Source: Octopus sinensis (taxonomy: Eukaryota). Taken from it: DNA of 64,000 bases. Shown piece after piece: positions 1 to 13,325 of this stretch. The notes under the pieces were generated by a model, which was given only the letters and a program-made list of their open reading frames with translations, had not been told where the DNA came from and made no database searches. Within the stretch, counting starts at the first letter, position 1. The number at the start of each line of letters is the position of its first letter. The translations under genes were made by a program, and so were the position numbers. The stretch is from positions 9,734,001-9,798,000 of the forward strand of contig NC_043014.1 in NCBI RefSeq assembly GCF_006345805.1, in the 5' to 3' direction.

Positions 1-220
1 ATATAAAGCGGCGCATAGCAGATATTTGCGCATTCGAGCACAAGCACGCACACGTGCGTAGGCATATGCCGACACACGCACACAAATACACAACGAGTCA
101 TTCAGAGACAAACACTTGCGTATTCTTGTTTAAGGAGAGATTTGTTTCAAACAGAGCAATCAGGTCAGACAAGAAGTACACCCAACATGCATTCTTAAAC
201 TGCTATATTTATAAATATAA

Positions 221-985
221 CAAGGGGCTAAACACAGAGTGGACAAACAAGGAGAGACAAACGGAGCAAGTCGATTATATCGAAACCAGTGCGCAACTGG
301 TAATTATTTAATCGACCCCGAAAGGATGAAAGGCAATGTCGACCTCGGCGGAATTTGAACTCAGAACGTATCGGCAGACGAAATACCTCTTTCTTTACTA
401 CCCACAAGGGGCGAAACACAGAGGGGACAAACAATGACAGACACACGGATTAAGTCGATTATATCGACCTCAATGCGTAACTGGTACTTAATTTATCGAC
501 CCCGAAAGGATGAAAGGCAAAGTCGACCTCGGCGGATTTGAACTCAGAACGTAGCGGCAGACGAAATAACTATTTCTTTACTACCCACAAGGGGATAAAC
601 ACAGAGAGGACAAACAAGGACAGACAAACGGATTAAGTCGATTATATCGACCCCAGCGCGCCAGTGGTACTTATTTAATCGACCCCGAAAGGTAAAAGGC
701 AAAGTCGACCTCGGCGGAATTTGAACTCAGAACGTAACGGCAGACGAAATACCTATTTCTTTACTACCCATAGAGGGCGAAACACAGAGAGGACAAACAA
801 GGACAGACAAACGGATCAAGTCGATTATATCGATCTCAGTGCGTAAGTGGTACTTAATTTATCGACCCCGAAAGGATGAAAGGCAAAGTCGACCCCGGCG
901 GAATTTGAACTCAGAACGTAACGGCAGACGAAATACGGCTACGCATTTTGCCCGGCGTGCTAGCGTTTCTGCCAGCCCACCGCAT
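221..985 (-). mobile_element. tRNA-derived SINE family 1, head-to-tail tetramer (~183-bp units)
   Basis: Four tandem copies; cccac(a) recurs at 401/584/767. One tRNA-like head at the right end (B-box-like GAGTTCAAATTCC). The central GCCTTTCATCCTTTCGGGGTCGATAAA resembles the MetaSINE domain (from recall). Confidence 0.9.
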
Positions 986-1590
986 TTATATATTTTTAAA
1001 TATACCTCCTAAGAAAACAAAATTTCTGTAAATGCAAAGTGTTATGAGTTTTAAGATTACTTCTGGTTCTCTCAACATGACACTGAAAGAAATTAAATCA
1101 GCATAGAACTATCTTTCGATAATTAAGTTTACGAAATGTTGTATCTGTTTGTATGCAGGTGGGTGCTTCTTGAAAAAAAAACGATTTGTATTCAATAATT
1201 CACTTGCACTAATAATAAGTGCAACAGATAAAAGAAAATACGTCGAATTTCACATAACAAAACACAGCAATTAGTGCTCTACGCTAATTCATATTCACCG
1301 TACTTATCTAATTGAGAAATAGATTCACAGCAAATAACGTAAGCCGTTTTGTCAAACGACATTATAAAGAAATCATTGTCGACCTTTAATCACGTGCTGT
1401 ATTACTTATTTGCAGATGCAGGATAACTCTTTCTCCAATGTATAGGTAGTGATATACATCATGCATACATTGACATACTCGAAAATACACACACGCATGC
1501 ATATAAATGTATACATATTTATAGGTATCTCTATTTTCCTCCCTCTCTCTCTCTCTCTATATATATATATATTTTTTTTTTTTTTTTAAT

Positions 1591-1645
1591 TCTTTTTATT
1601 TCATCTAGTTTCAGCTCACGAGCTGTGGCCATGCTGGGGCACCGC

Positions 1646-1646
<1 letters not shown>
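1591..1646 (-). mobile_element. Isolated 3' tail of CR1-like LINE
   Basis: Reverse complement ggcggtgccccagcatggccacagctcgtgagctgaaac is nearly identical to the LINE tail at 15620-15661; flanked by a T-run and (TA)n. Confidence 0.8.
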
Positions 1647-1721
<75 letters not shown>

Positions 1722-1785
1722 CCTCTCTGTATCTATCAATATATGTACATATGTATATATATGTATATATATATATATTTATATG

Positions 1786-1851
<66 letters not shown>

Positions 1852-1970
1852 TATCTATATATATAGATGTAAGTGGATATATAAATATATACGCTTGCAT
1901 TTATATTTGTAACTGTGTGCGTTTCTTTCTGCACATCAAACCTCATACACAGATACACACACACACACAC

Positions 1971-2046
<76 letters not shown>

Positions 2047-2504
2047 TATATAACATACGTGTGCACTCGCGTACATGTGTGTGTCGATTAGGTAGCTGTA
2101 TATGTAGAACAGAAACTAGGTTGTTCTTGATTTTACGAGATCATTCGCCCTTATTTACCGAACGTTAATTGATAATTTCTAAAGCATGAATTACTTTTCC
2201 ATACAAAAGATAAACAATTGAGAATAGCTTTTAAAATGCTTCGTTAACAGCCAGATAACTATGAGGTTACCGATCAAAAGGAAGCCAGATTTTTGCCGAC
2301 TTTCACCAACGGAGTTCGGTCTTTTGTTTAATTGGGAGTTGTATTCATCCGTTCAGAAGATATATACAGGTTAATTTTTGTACCTTCATCTTTCTTATAA
2401 ATGGAGCATCACACACACTCTTGCACATGCGTGTACCTACGCATAAGCATATGCTAATATACGCACACACACACACACACACATATATGTATGTATATAT
2501 ATGG

Positions 2505-2566
<62 letters not shown>

Positions 2567-2699
2567 AAATATATATATACATATATATATATACATATAT
2601 ATACATATATATAATACATATATATATATATACATAATATATATATACATATATATTATACATATATATATACATATATATATACATACATATATATAC

Positions 2700-2751
<52 letters not shown>

Positions 2752-2850
2752 GTGAAATAGAAAGATGAATAATCTTGTAGATTAATCAAAAGTTAACCGA
2801 TACCTTAGTAGCAAAAATCACAGCAGTAAACAATATATATATACATATAT

Positions 2851-2914
<64 letters not shown>

Positions 2915-2930
2915 CATACACATATATGCA
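1647..2930. repeat. (TA)n/(CA)n microsatellite blocks (representative; similar blocks occur throughout, e.g. 16490-17270, 17910-18390, 19635-19897, 46210-46590, 62640-63350)
   Basis: Direct inspection; a ~390-bp non-microsatellite stretch lies at about 2060-2450. Confidence 0.95.
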
Positions 2931-3992
2931 TATGCGTTAGGTAGATACACATAAATATATCTGTAATATTTGTCTACGTGTGTCCGCGTGTGTGTGTCTG
3001 TATGAGTGTGTGTTTGTGTTTTACTTTGTATTTAGCTCTCTTGCTAGCTATCTACATACACAGATATATACATGCGTATGGGTGTGTATAATAAAAGAAG
3101 GAAGATGAACAGAGTTTACATAGTTATATTCTAAACGAAACTGTATTTTGGTTGCCGACCGGTTTCGGTTTCGCTAATCATGACTTTGAAATTATTTCAT
3201 ATTTCCATTCACAAACTTTCATACAGGAACATGAAATAAATGTGTGTTGAGGAAATATACACGCACTCATGCATCCATAGATACACTTACACACATACAG
3301 ACGCATACACACAAATAAGATAGATACATATGTATACATACACACGCCCTCTCTCTAACTCATATGCACAAATACTCCACATGATTACTCATGCGCTATA
3401 CTTAAAACGAGCATAAATGTAGACAACGGAAACGAGGTAGGATGAGATCGCACAAAAAGACATATTAATCTCAGTGCATCAAATTGTTCTGCAATGTTTT
3501 GGAGTTTGATATTATTTCGCAGCAGTGGAGCGGTTGTCCTGCAGCAACAATCTGAAGAACTATTTTCCATAGCGGCACAGTAAAGTGCCAGTCCAGATGC
3601 GTGGCTTGGTGCAATTGAACAACTAGGCTAATTATCGTGGTGGAGTTTGTTGCTGTCAATGCTGATTTCAATCAAGCAGTAATGTCTGACTCCAGTGTAT
3701 GTTACTTTCCATAGAAATACAGCAAAAGGTCTTCTTTCGCACTTCCTCAGAAAGAAGTCCATTAACGGTTTAGTAATATAAGAGTTCACGAAGAAGTATT
3801 TTGTTGTTTTTTTTTTTAATTTCTTCTTAGGTTTTAAGAAATAGAAAAAAGAATTAGAATTCGGAAAGTATAGTAACGGAAATATGTTTGCAAGGCAGAA
3901 ATTTATATAAATAAATGAAACCTGATTCAAACACTTATATCACATTCTATTCATTTTCTATTACAATGAAAAATAAAAACATACGCACACAC

Positions 3993-4250
3993 AGGCGTAG
4001 GGGTGGCTGTGTGGTAAGTAGCTTGCTTACCAGCTACATGGTTCCGAGTTCAGTCCGACTGCGTGGCACCTTGGGCAAGTGACTTCTACTATAGCCTCGG
4101 GACGACCAAAGCCTTCTCAGTGGATTTGGTAGACGGAAACTGAAAGAAGCCCGTTGTACATATAAGTATATATATATGGGGGCGGCTGTGTGTCTGTGTG
4201 CGTTTGTGTGTATGTGTTTGCCCCCCCCCAACATCGCTTGAGAACCGATG
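3993..4250 (+). mobile_element. SINE family 2, 5' part
   Basis: Head aggcgtaggggtggctgtgtggtaag, CORE-like accttgggcaagtg, internal microsatellite. Confidence 0.85.
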
Positions 4251-4254
4251 TATT

Positions 4255-5062
4255 GACAACCAAGTATTTTTTTATGCTGAGGAATAGATCGTAGTCAGAT
4301 GGCGTCACATCAGTAGACTATGGAGGCTAATCAACCAGTTCAAAGCTGCTCACATACAGTATCCATCGAAATGAAGTTTTTGATCGGTGGATCATTGTCC
4401 TGATAAAGCGAATCAACTTTTGTCAGTTTTCCACAACCTTTCGTCTTCATAGCGTTTCGTGACTGTCTCAACAATTTGGCATAGTACTCTCTACAGATAG
4501 CATGGCCCTTTTTCAAGACAGTCAATAAACTTTTCAGGTCATCAACTTCCCAGAAGAGTAAACGACGTTGGCCTTCCTTGGGGTCGGTGAATAGGGGTGT
4601 TTCCAAGGAACAGGGATGTTTTCAGTGCACAGTTTGTTTCTTTGTCTCTGGCTCAAAATGGTGAAGCTAACACTCATCCTGGGTTAGGAAACATACAAAA
4701 AAATCAGTTAGATCTACCTCATACAATATCGGATTTTCCCATGATGTAATAAGCCTGGTGAACTTTTGATCCCATGTCGGAAGACGTGACAGACGCCGAG
4801 CACAAACCTTCCATCATATCAAGTTCACTGAGCAAAATATTCTGAAATTTCTATGCTAATATACTCTCTGTTTCGCTTTTACTTGTTTCAGTCATTTGAC
4901 TGTGGCCATGCTGGAGCACCGTCTTTTAGTCGAGCAAATCGACCCCAGGACTTATTCTATCGGTATCTTTTGCCGAACTGCTAAGTTACGGGGTTGTAAA
5001 CACACCAACATTGGTTGTCAAGCGATGTTGGGGGGACAAACACAGACACACACACATATACA

Positions 5063-5124
<62 letters not shown>

Positions 5125-5775
5125 CACATATATACGATGGACTTCTTTCAGTTTCTGTTTACCAAATCCACTCACAAGGCTTTGGTCGAGACGAGGCTAT
5201 AAGTAGAAGACACTTTCCCAAGGTGCCACGCAGTCAGACTGAACCCGGAACCATATGTTTCGTAAGCAAGCTACTTACCACATAGCCACTCCTACGCCTG
5301 ACTATTAGATTATGGTCTGTTATCATTGACTTTTAGATTATAGTCAATAGTCTGTCTTTCATCACCATGTGTTGAACGTGATAAATGTTTTCCTCGGTGC
5401 TAGCAGTTGCAGTACGCCCAGATATTTGATCATCTCCGAGATCCTCCTTTCGCGCTCTAAATTCAGTTGCTTAATTTATTCTGTTGCTAACGCTGGAGCG
5501 CCATCCTCCATTGTAGCTTTCATGTCAGTATGAATGTTTTTGTGGTCTAAACGATTATTCTGGAGGTACTTGATAACACCACGAATGCGAAATTTTACCC
5601 ATTTTACAGAGATGTCACAACTATTTACTTTTGAAGTCTTCTTCGAACGGGCAAATGTGGGTTTATCTGGAAAGAACTAATGTGGTTATTAAGGAGAGAT
5701 TGAAATGAATGCATGCACGATTTCACTGTCATAGGACTGCTTCATTGTCAACCTATGAACTTCTCAGTCCTTCTT
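4255..5775 (-). pseudogene. Decayed mariner transposase, split by a SINE
   Basis: Fragments YYAKLLRQ, LYQDNDP and TPSDYDLFLSIKKYL match the mariner HQDNAP and YSPDLAPSDYHLF motifs; frameshifts present. Confidence 0.8.
4876..5299 (-). mobile_element. SINE family 2, full length, nested in mariner
   Basis: Head and tail (cagcatggcc...gactgaaacaagtaaaag) both present. Confidence 0.9.
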
Positions 5776-6031
5776 CTTGCTTCTATGTATATGTGACTGT
5801 GTGTTTGCGTGTGTGTGTGTGCGCATATATCTATCAACAAGCCCATCCACGTAAGTGTGTGTGTGTATATATCTCTATTTCTATCTATTTGTCTATCTAT
5901 TTCACTATCTATCGCTCTTTATCTTTATCTAACTATATGTCTATCTATCTCTCTATCTATTTATCTCCCTGCCTCTCTCTCTTTCTCTATGTATATACGT
6001 ATATACATATATATAGGTATATATATATATA

Positions 6032-6260
6032 CTTTATTTAAAGCAGCAGAAAATTCAACAAAACCTGTTACTCTGAGTTTCATGTTGCCGTTCATCGGAC
6101 AGTTTTTGCTAGCAAAAACTGCCCGATGAACGGCAACGTGAAACTCAGAGTAACAGGTTTTGTTGAATTTTCTGCTGCTTTAAATAAAGCATATTACTCT
6201 ACCACTGGTATTTGAGTACTCTTTTTTCCACCTTGTTTCACATTTATGTGTTTACTCCGG
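6032..6260. mobile_element. Fold-back mini-element family B (Penelope-like terminal repeat derivative) with hammerhead-like fold
   Basis: Palindrome 6032-6189 centred on gctagc plus a 70-bp tail; CCGATGA 6123-6129, GAAAC 6140-6144; second copy at 36940-37173. Confidence 0.8.
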
Positions 6261-6602
6261 TATATATATATATGAGAGACAAAAGTGAATTTTCAATTTA
6301 GACACCGCCGAAGAGAGAGAAGTCATACCAAAAATTTCAAGTAAAACAAGATGATTTAGCTAATGTGATGGAAACGATAATCAAGTCATTTAATTTAATA
6401 TACAACGGAGAAATGATGCATACGGTGTAGATGTTACATCTAAGATAAACATTTACTAGGAATTGTATCAAATCAAAATATATTTGAAACAGATTTAAAT
6501 GAGTTTACTGTTAAGGTGTACAGGAATATATATATATACACACACACACATATATATATATATATACATATATACATATATATGTATACATATATACATA
6601 TA

Positions 6603-6724
6603 TTGGCCTGCTCGCTTAGCCAGCGGGGTGGAGTCATTTGAAGGCTAAAACAATGCGAAGCGCATTGTGACCAGCAATGTGTAACAACATCTGATAGCCT
6701 GGTCGGTCACGGTGGTCACGGTGA
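6603..6724 (+). mobile_element. ~120-bp RTE-tailed short element (family H)
   Basis: Same ends as copies at 23228-23340 and 42209-42327; 3' half resembles the RTE tail at 21735-21798. Confidence 0.8.
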
Positions 6725-6741
6725 TATACATACATATATAT

Positions 6742-6798
<57 letters not shown>

Positions 6799-6800
6799 AT

Positions 6801-6844
6801 CCTTAAATCCTTAAAAGATTTTTAGCCCGAAGGCCGCGGCCATG
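6801..6844 (-). mobile_element. Isolated LINE-type 3' tail
   Basis: Reverse complement catggccgcggccttcgggctaaaaatcttttaaggatttaagg: CATGGCC, stem-loop, then a short terminal repeat. Confidence 0.55.
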
Positions 6845-6889
6845 TATGTATATGTATATGTATATATATTGTTATACGGGCATAAACTG

Positions 6890-6924
<35 letters not shown>

Positions 6925-7174
6925 GCTGACTAGTTTCTGTAGACAAATATGTGTAATTCTTTGTTTATGAACTTATTTGGAAGTCCGTTGTTTAAGTGCA
7001 TTTATTTCTCTATTGAATTAGAAATATGCATTAGTAATTTGAAATTCGGTTTAGAACGATTAAATTAATAAATGCTTCAATGAATTGAAGATGCCTCAAA
7101 CGTGTATTTATTGATAGTGACACACACACACTCACACCTAAACATTCACACGCGGACAGATATGTGAAAATGCG

Positions 7175-7222
<48 letters not shown>

Positions 7223-7269
7223 CCTATATATAATATATAAAATAAAATATTTCACAAAAGTTTGTATAC

Positions 7270-7300
<31 letters not shown>

Positions 7301-7320
7301 ATATATATACGTACGTACGT

Positions 7321-7587
7321 GTATATTGGTACAGGTCCAAAATTAAGCCGAGGTGTCGAAGCCATAAGGACTTCCGTATATAACGGAGACAGAAAATGGA
7401 GAAAAATTGATGATCAAAATGTATATATTTATATATAGATAGATATATATTTACATATATATATATATATATATAATATGCTTACATACATGTATATTGG
7501 TACCGGTCCAAAATTAAGCCTGAGGTGTCGAAACCATAGTGATTTCCGTATATAGGAGATAGAAAATGGAGAAATATTGATGATCAA

Positions 7588-7634
<47 letters not shown>

Positions 7635-7654
7635 ATATATATACATACATGCAT

Positions 7655-7730
<76 letters not shown>

Positions 7731-8021
7731 TATATATATTATGCTTACATACATACATGTATATTGGTATCGGTCCAAAATTACGCCAGAGGTGACGAAA
7801 CCAGAGAGATTTCCGTATATAAAGGAGACAGAAAATGGAGAAATATTGATGACCAACAATTGACATACATGAATTATAATGCATTAATTCAATACAAATA
7901 GACTGCATTCCGTCTAACAACTGTTTCCGTTCCCAATGTTGTATAGTATTGCCATTGATATGCTAAAAATATTTGTCATGTTTGGTAATAAAACCAATCT
8001 GAAACATGGAGCTTCACCAGA
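7321..8021 (-). repeat. Three ~100-bp direct repeats separated by (TA)n, followed by a degenerate hammerhead-like motif (Penelope-like terminal repeats)
   Basis: Units at about 7321-7417, 7491-7587 and 7759-7856; minus strand reads ctggtga...gaaacagttgtt at 7915-8019. Confidence 0.6.
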
Positions 8022-9363
8022 GTGAAGGATAAACGAAAACGAAGTGCCTAGAGAACGAAAAGGAAAAGTTGAAAATGGTTGTAGTCATACCATTTTGCTT
8101 GTGTGTCGCTTTGGAACGTTAAGTACACGACTAAACTTAAAATACTATTTGGTGGATTAGTCCTTAGAACGGAGGGATAAGATGGATAAATAATGAGAAA
8201 AATAAATTTAAAAGTGGGATACGCCAATATATTTTAGTCGGAGAAGTGCAGAAGACAAAATAAGGTTTTAAATTAATCATGATTATTTAAAAAATAATCA
8301 TGATTCTTTTTAATGTTTATAGTACTAATTAATAGTATTTATCATAATAAAGTGTTAATCTATTAAATATTAATTTTTTATGTACTTGTAGGTGGTTAAA
8401 CTCTTCCACTTATTCCGATGTGTGACAGGCCAAGGTCCAACGTTCAATATATTTTGTCAGTTGAAATTTAAAAACCAAAAAGCAGCTATTGAGACCATTA
8501 TACGGGGTAAGATAAACAAATAAATGAATGGGGAAATGGTGTATGTTGTGAAGGGTCCTAAAACGCTTAGGATAGTATATACTAGATTTTTTAAAAATTA
8601 ATATTATGAAATAAATATTAAGAGTGAAACCTATTTGACATTTAGGAAAGAAGACGGTTGGGGGTGATCCTCCATGGGGAATGATAGGGGAATGGATACT
8701 TGTACACACAATAGTTTAAATTTATGTTAATAGTAAAGATAACTGGTATTATATGATTATAAAGGAGTGTAAAGTTTATATTGAGGAGTAGTAAAATTAA
8801 GGAAAATACTATAATTTAACTATTATGTGTGGAAGATGGAATCTTAGAACTTGGATGAGTTTAGTGTAAGAATACAATAACACTGTTTACACACTCTATG
8901 CTTGGATTGAACAATTTTAAATACAATTGGAACTTACACACAAGGTACAGGAAACTTATATGTTTACCATTCTACTTAAATAATGGAACTGCAGATGCAA
9001 TATCCCTGCATATCTCACATCTGTTTTCATTCCTCCACTTCACTCTCTATCTCATATCTTCCCTAGAATTACTATTGCTTAACCTTTTTTTTTTGGTATT
9101 TTTCTCCGATGCAGGAATATATAAAATATCCAGATGTAAGACATTCTCTTTATAAATATTCTGAAATCTTTCACAGCCTTGGATTTTTATTTTATTTCAT
9201 TCTGTTATTATTTTTATATATATGCATGCTAATATATGACCTACGTTGAACCTAATATTAATTTGCATAATCACCGAACCTGGAGCTTAACTATAGTCTG
9301 TCCATAGCACTTACTCAGCATTACCTTACATCTTTGGGTCTTATTGACACCATTACATCTCAT

Positions 9364-9410
<47 letters not shown>

Positions 9411-9482
9411 CACTTATGTATAGAGAGAGAGAGAGAGAGAGAGAGAAGGAATGGTGGATGGAGGGATAAATAGATTGAAAGA

Positions 9483-9535
<53 letters not shown>

Positions 9536-9999
9536 CACTTATGTATATATAGAGAGAGGGAGAGGGAAGGTGGAAGGAGAGATAGCGAGATGGATAGATA
9601 AAGAGATAGATAGATAAATAGATGGAAAGAATATATAGATTAATTAGATACATGAATGGATAGAACCAAGATAAATGGAAGGGGCAAGTCCGTTCAATAC
9701 ATCAATTTAACTTTGTTTTCTTTCTGAATTCATAATATCGTATAGAAATAATTTCCTGATAGAATTTGAATGAACTAAGATTATAAATATAGCGAGTCGG
9801 GTGCGGTTACAAGAGCTCGTCTACATTTTACAAACGGAATAAAACAATGGTGAGTATTAAGTGGTTAAGGAAGAAAAGAACAAGTAAAAAAAATGAGCAT
9901 GCAGACGAACCGGTATGTGTGCGAATGTGCAAGTATGTGTGAGTATGTGTATGTGTGAGTATGTGTATGTGTGAGTATGTATCAATGTCTTTTAGTATC

Positions 10000-10950
10000 T
10001 TAATGAAAGTATTTTTAAAGACGCTTGCAACTATTTGATAACTGCATACTTCTTCAAAATGGCGTCCACGCTTTATAAATGAACCAAAGTATTTTGTTGA
10101 TTTCTTCGCTTGTCAACTACGTCACCCATCATCCTCGAAGGCGTCTTGTCGTATTGTACTGTAAACAGTTATTTATTAACTTTATTTTTATTATATAGCC
10201 TCTTAAAAACTTCCCCAATGTTTCTTTTCTGTCTGGCAAACAGATCTATATTATATTCATACAATCGCTTTGGAATATTTTTTGTATATACAATTTTGTA
10301 GTTTTGTAGGCTGTATTGATTTGCTTTTCTGGACAATTTTTTCTATTTTTGTAATCTATATATTATCGTTTTTATAAAGAAATTTTTTATGTTGTCTTTC
10401 TTATTCATATCTTTACCCGTCACACATAAGTATTTATTGTCCGGCAGTTTTGCTTTATTTTCGTTTTCTATTTCTGACAATAAAATGCGAATTCCTTTTT
10501 TGTCATTCACATTTCTTTTTCTTTTACTACTGTGTATATTCATTTTGTGGTCTCTTGTGCAATTTTCTCCAGCCAATAAACAGTCGTTCTGATGAAAACT
10601 TGGATAGTTACATAGCAAATCTCTTCAAGTTTAATAATAGGAATAGTATCTTCAATTGTTATAATCTCACGTACATCTATGCTGCATTTTCATACATCTG
10701 TTATTAATCCTATTCTACAGAAGTGATTAAATTACTGCACTGCTTAATAAACATCTTCAGATTTTCTTTTGGTCTATTTCTAACTTTTCGATTCTCTTCG
10801 TAGGTTTCTCATTCATCGTTTACTCTCCATATATCTCCTTCCTTTTCATGATCCCGCGCCATTCTTTCCCTAGTCAACAAACTACTTGACCTTTTTCTCC
10901 CCACATATCTTTACACAACAATTTTGCTTGGAATGCAAATTGCTTGTTTA
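10000..10950 (-). pseudogene. Highly decayed RTE-like reverse transcriptase remnant
   Basis: MARDHEKEGDIWRVNDE and KRKRNVNDKKGIRILLSE occur in the order expected for RTE ORF2 (the KGDVxxCxNYRGIxLLS region). Confidence 0.35.
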
Positions 10951-11619
10951 CCTCATAAGATTTTTATACTTCCATACATTTAAGAGAATTTTTTTTGCTT
11001 TCAGCGATTTTATTTCATTTTATTTTATTTTATTTCATTTCATTTTATTTCATTTTATTTCATTTTATTTCATTTCATATCCATTCGTATTTTTTCCCTC
11101 CATTACACGTCGTTTCACTTTTAATTTCAGTTATGTTTCAGCTTATTTACTTTAATAGTTCGACTTTATATTATATTCCATATTAAAAGAATATTAGCAT
11201 AGTTTAAGTAGATTTCTTGAGCGAACTATTAAGAAGACCATCAGCATACACATATGTCTACAAAACCTACGTAAAATTTAATCTTTATATTTTCAATACA
11301 ATTGCAGATTTTTCAAACTGTTATTATGTTGAATTTATTTATATTATTATATATTTTGAAATGGTTTGTACACCAATTTCTTTGACAGTTATATCGTGCA
11401 ACCTCAAGAGCTGATACAAAATATATTAAAACGTTTTATTATGTTTTGTGGGATGTTTGTTACGCTTCAATAACGGTTTGAATTTATCTCACTGAGCACT
11501 CTGTTTGTTGAACAATATTATATATCTTGTATCTATTTTATGAGATGCGCTACTAATATATAAATCTCACCATTTCTTATATGTTATGTCTTGTATTTGT
11601 TTCATTCATACACAAAGGC

Positions 11620-11943
11620 CAGGCACCAGCATGACATTGAAGAGTTTAGTCGAACAAATCAATAAAAATACTTGTGTTTAAGCCCGGTAATTATGTAGTA
11701 GGTTGCCTTTGATGAACCGCTAAGTTGTCAGGTTGCAGACTATAAATAGAAAGACACATATTCACGCACATATGCAAATACATCACGTACACGTGTAGTG
11801 TCTCGTAGTTTTCGTCTACGAAATCCACTCATAAGTCTTAGGTTGGCCTAGAGTTTATACTTGGAGGCAATTGCTCAAAATGTCGTGAATTGAAACTGAA
11901 CCGATGTCAACAAGCTTGAGAAACAAGCTTCTTATCACACAGT
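11620..11943 (-). mobile_element. Old diverged SINE family 2 copy
   Basis: Residual gaaccgctaagtt, cgtctacgaaatccactc and cttatcacacag. Confidence 0.6.
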
Positions 11944-11971
11944 CCAAATGAAAACTCTGTCAACAGTAACG

Positions 11972-12092
11972 ACATCGTTTCGGGTTCAGTCCCACTGCAT
12001 GGCACCTTGGGCAAGTGTCTTCTCTTATAGCCTCGGGACGACCAAAGCCTTGTGAGTGGATTTGGTAGACAGAAACTTAAAGAAGCCAGTCG

Positions 12093-12174
<82 letters not shown>

Positions 12175-12385
12175 GTGTGTGTATGTTTGTGTTTCTGTGT
12201 TGGTCGCCCAATATCGCTAGTCAATCGATGCTTGTGCGTTTACGTCCTCGTCACTTAGCGATTCGGCAAAAGAGTCCGATAGAATAAATACTAGGCCTTC
12301 AAAGAATACATTTTGCGGCCGATTTGCTCGACTAAAGGCGGTGCTTCAGCATGGCCGGAGTCAAATGACTGAAACCAATAGAAGA
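11972..12385 (+). mobile_element. SINE family 2 (5' truncated)
   Basis: Body, (TA)(TG) tract and tail. Confidence 0.9.
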
Positions 12386-12702
12386 CAAATAATGAATTTG
12401 ATCGAAGATATTTATATCGATGACTGTTTTAAGTAAAATATCGCACTCATTTTAATGCTAAAGATCAACATTTTGCCAAGGATTTTATGGATAGACATAT
12501 TTTGCATTGACCAGATAATTTTACATTATTGTTATCCATAACAAGAAAGACTATGTTAGCCCCACAACAGCGATGCTCAAACAAGTCTCAGCGAATATGC
12601 TCCAAGATTGGCAAGCCCGTCGCCTTTCAAATACAGTGTATGTGGAATCACATTCTACAATAATATGTTGTAAATTTTCCAAAGATGTTAAAATATGAGA
12701 GT

Positions 12703-13112
12703 ATTTACTCTCTTTTACTCTTTTACTTGTTTCAGTCATTTGACTGCGGCCATGCTGGAGCACCGCCTTTAATTGAGCAATTCGACCCCGGGACTTATTC
12801 TTTTGTAAGCCCAGTACTTATCCTATCGGTCTCTTTTGCCGAACCGCTAAGTAACGGGGACATAAACACACCAGCATCGGTTGTCAAGCAATGCTAGGGG
12901 GACAAACACAGACACACAAACACACACACGTATATATATACATATATACGACGGGCTTCTTTCAGTTTCCGTCTACCAAATCCACTCACAAGGCTTTGGT
13001 CGGCCCGAGGTTATAGTAGAAGACACTTGCCCAAGGTGCCACGCAGTGGGACTGAACCCGTAACCATGTGGTTGGTAAACAAGCTACTTACCACACAGCC
13101 ACTCCTGCGCCT
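12703..13112 (-). mobile_element. SINE family 2, full length
   Basis: Close match to other copies. Confidence 0.92.
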
Positions 13113-13125
13113 ATTTCTAGTACAA

Positions 13126-13325
13126 AGGCGGCAAGCAGTAGGATCATTATCACGACGGTCAAAATGCTTAGCGGTATTTCACCTGTTTTTACGTTCCGAG
13201 TTCAAATTCTGCCGAGATCGATGTTTATCCTTTCGAGGTCGATAAAATGAGAAAGATTTGAGTACTGCAATAGACTTAGACCCTCCCCCAAAATTGCTGG
13301 TCTTGTGCCAAAATTTGAAACCAAT
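13126..13325 (+). mobile_element. Older SINE family 1 subfamily
   Basis: aggcggcaagc head, gagttcaaatt, cctttcgaggtcgataaaa, alternative tail gtgccaaaatttgaaacc. Confidence 0.75.

Noticed and set aside
221-985. CRISPR-like regular repeats
   Set aside because: Whole units repeat with no unique spacers, and the context is eukaryotic.
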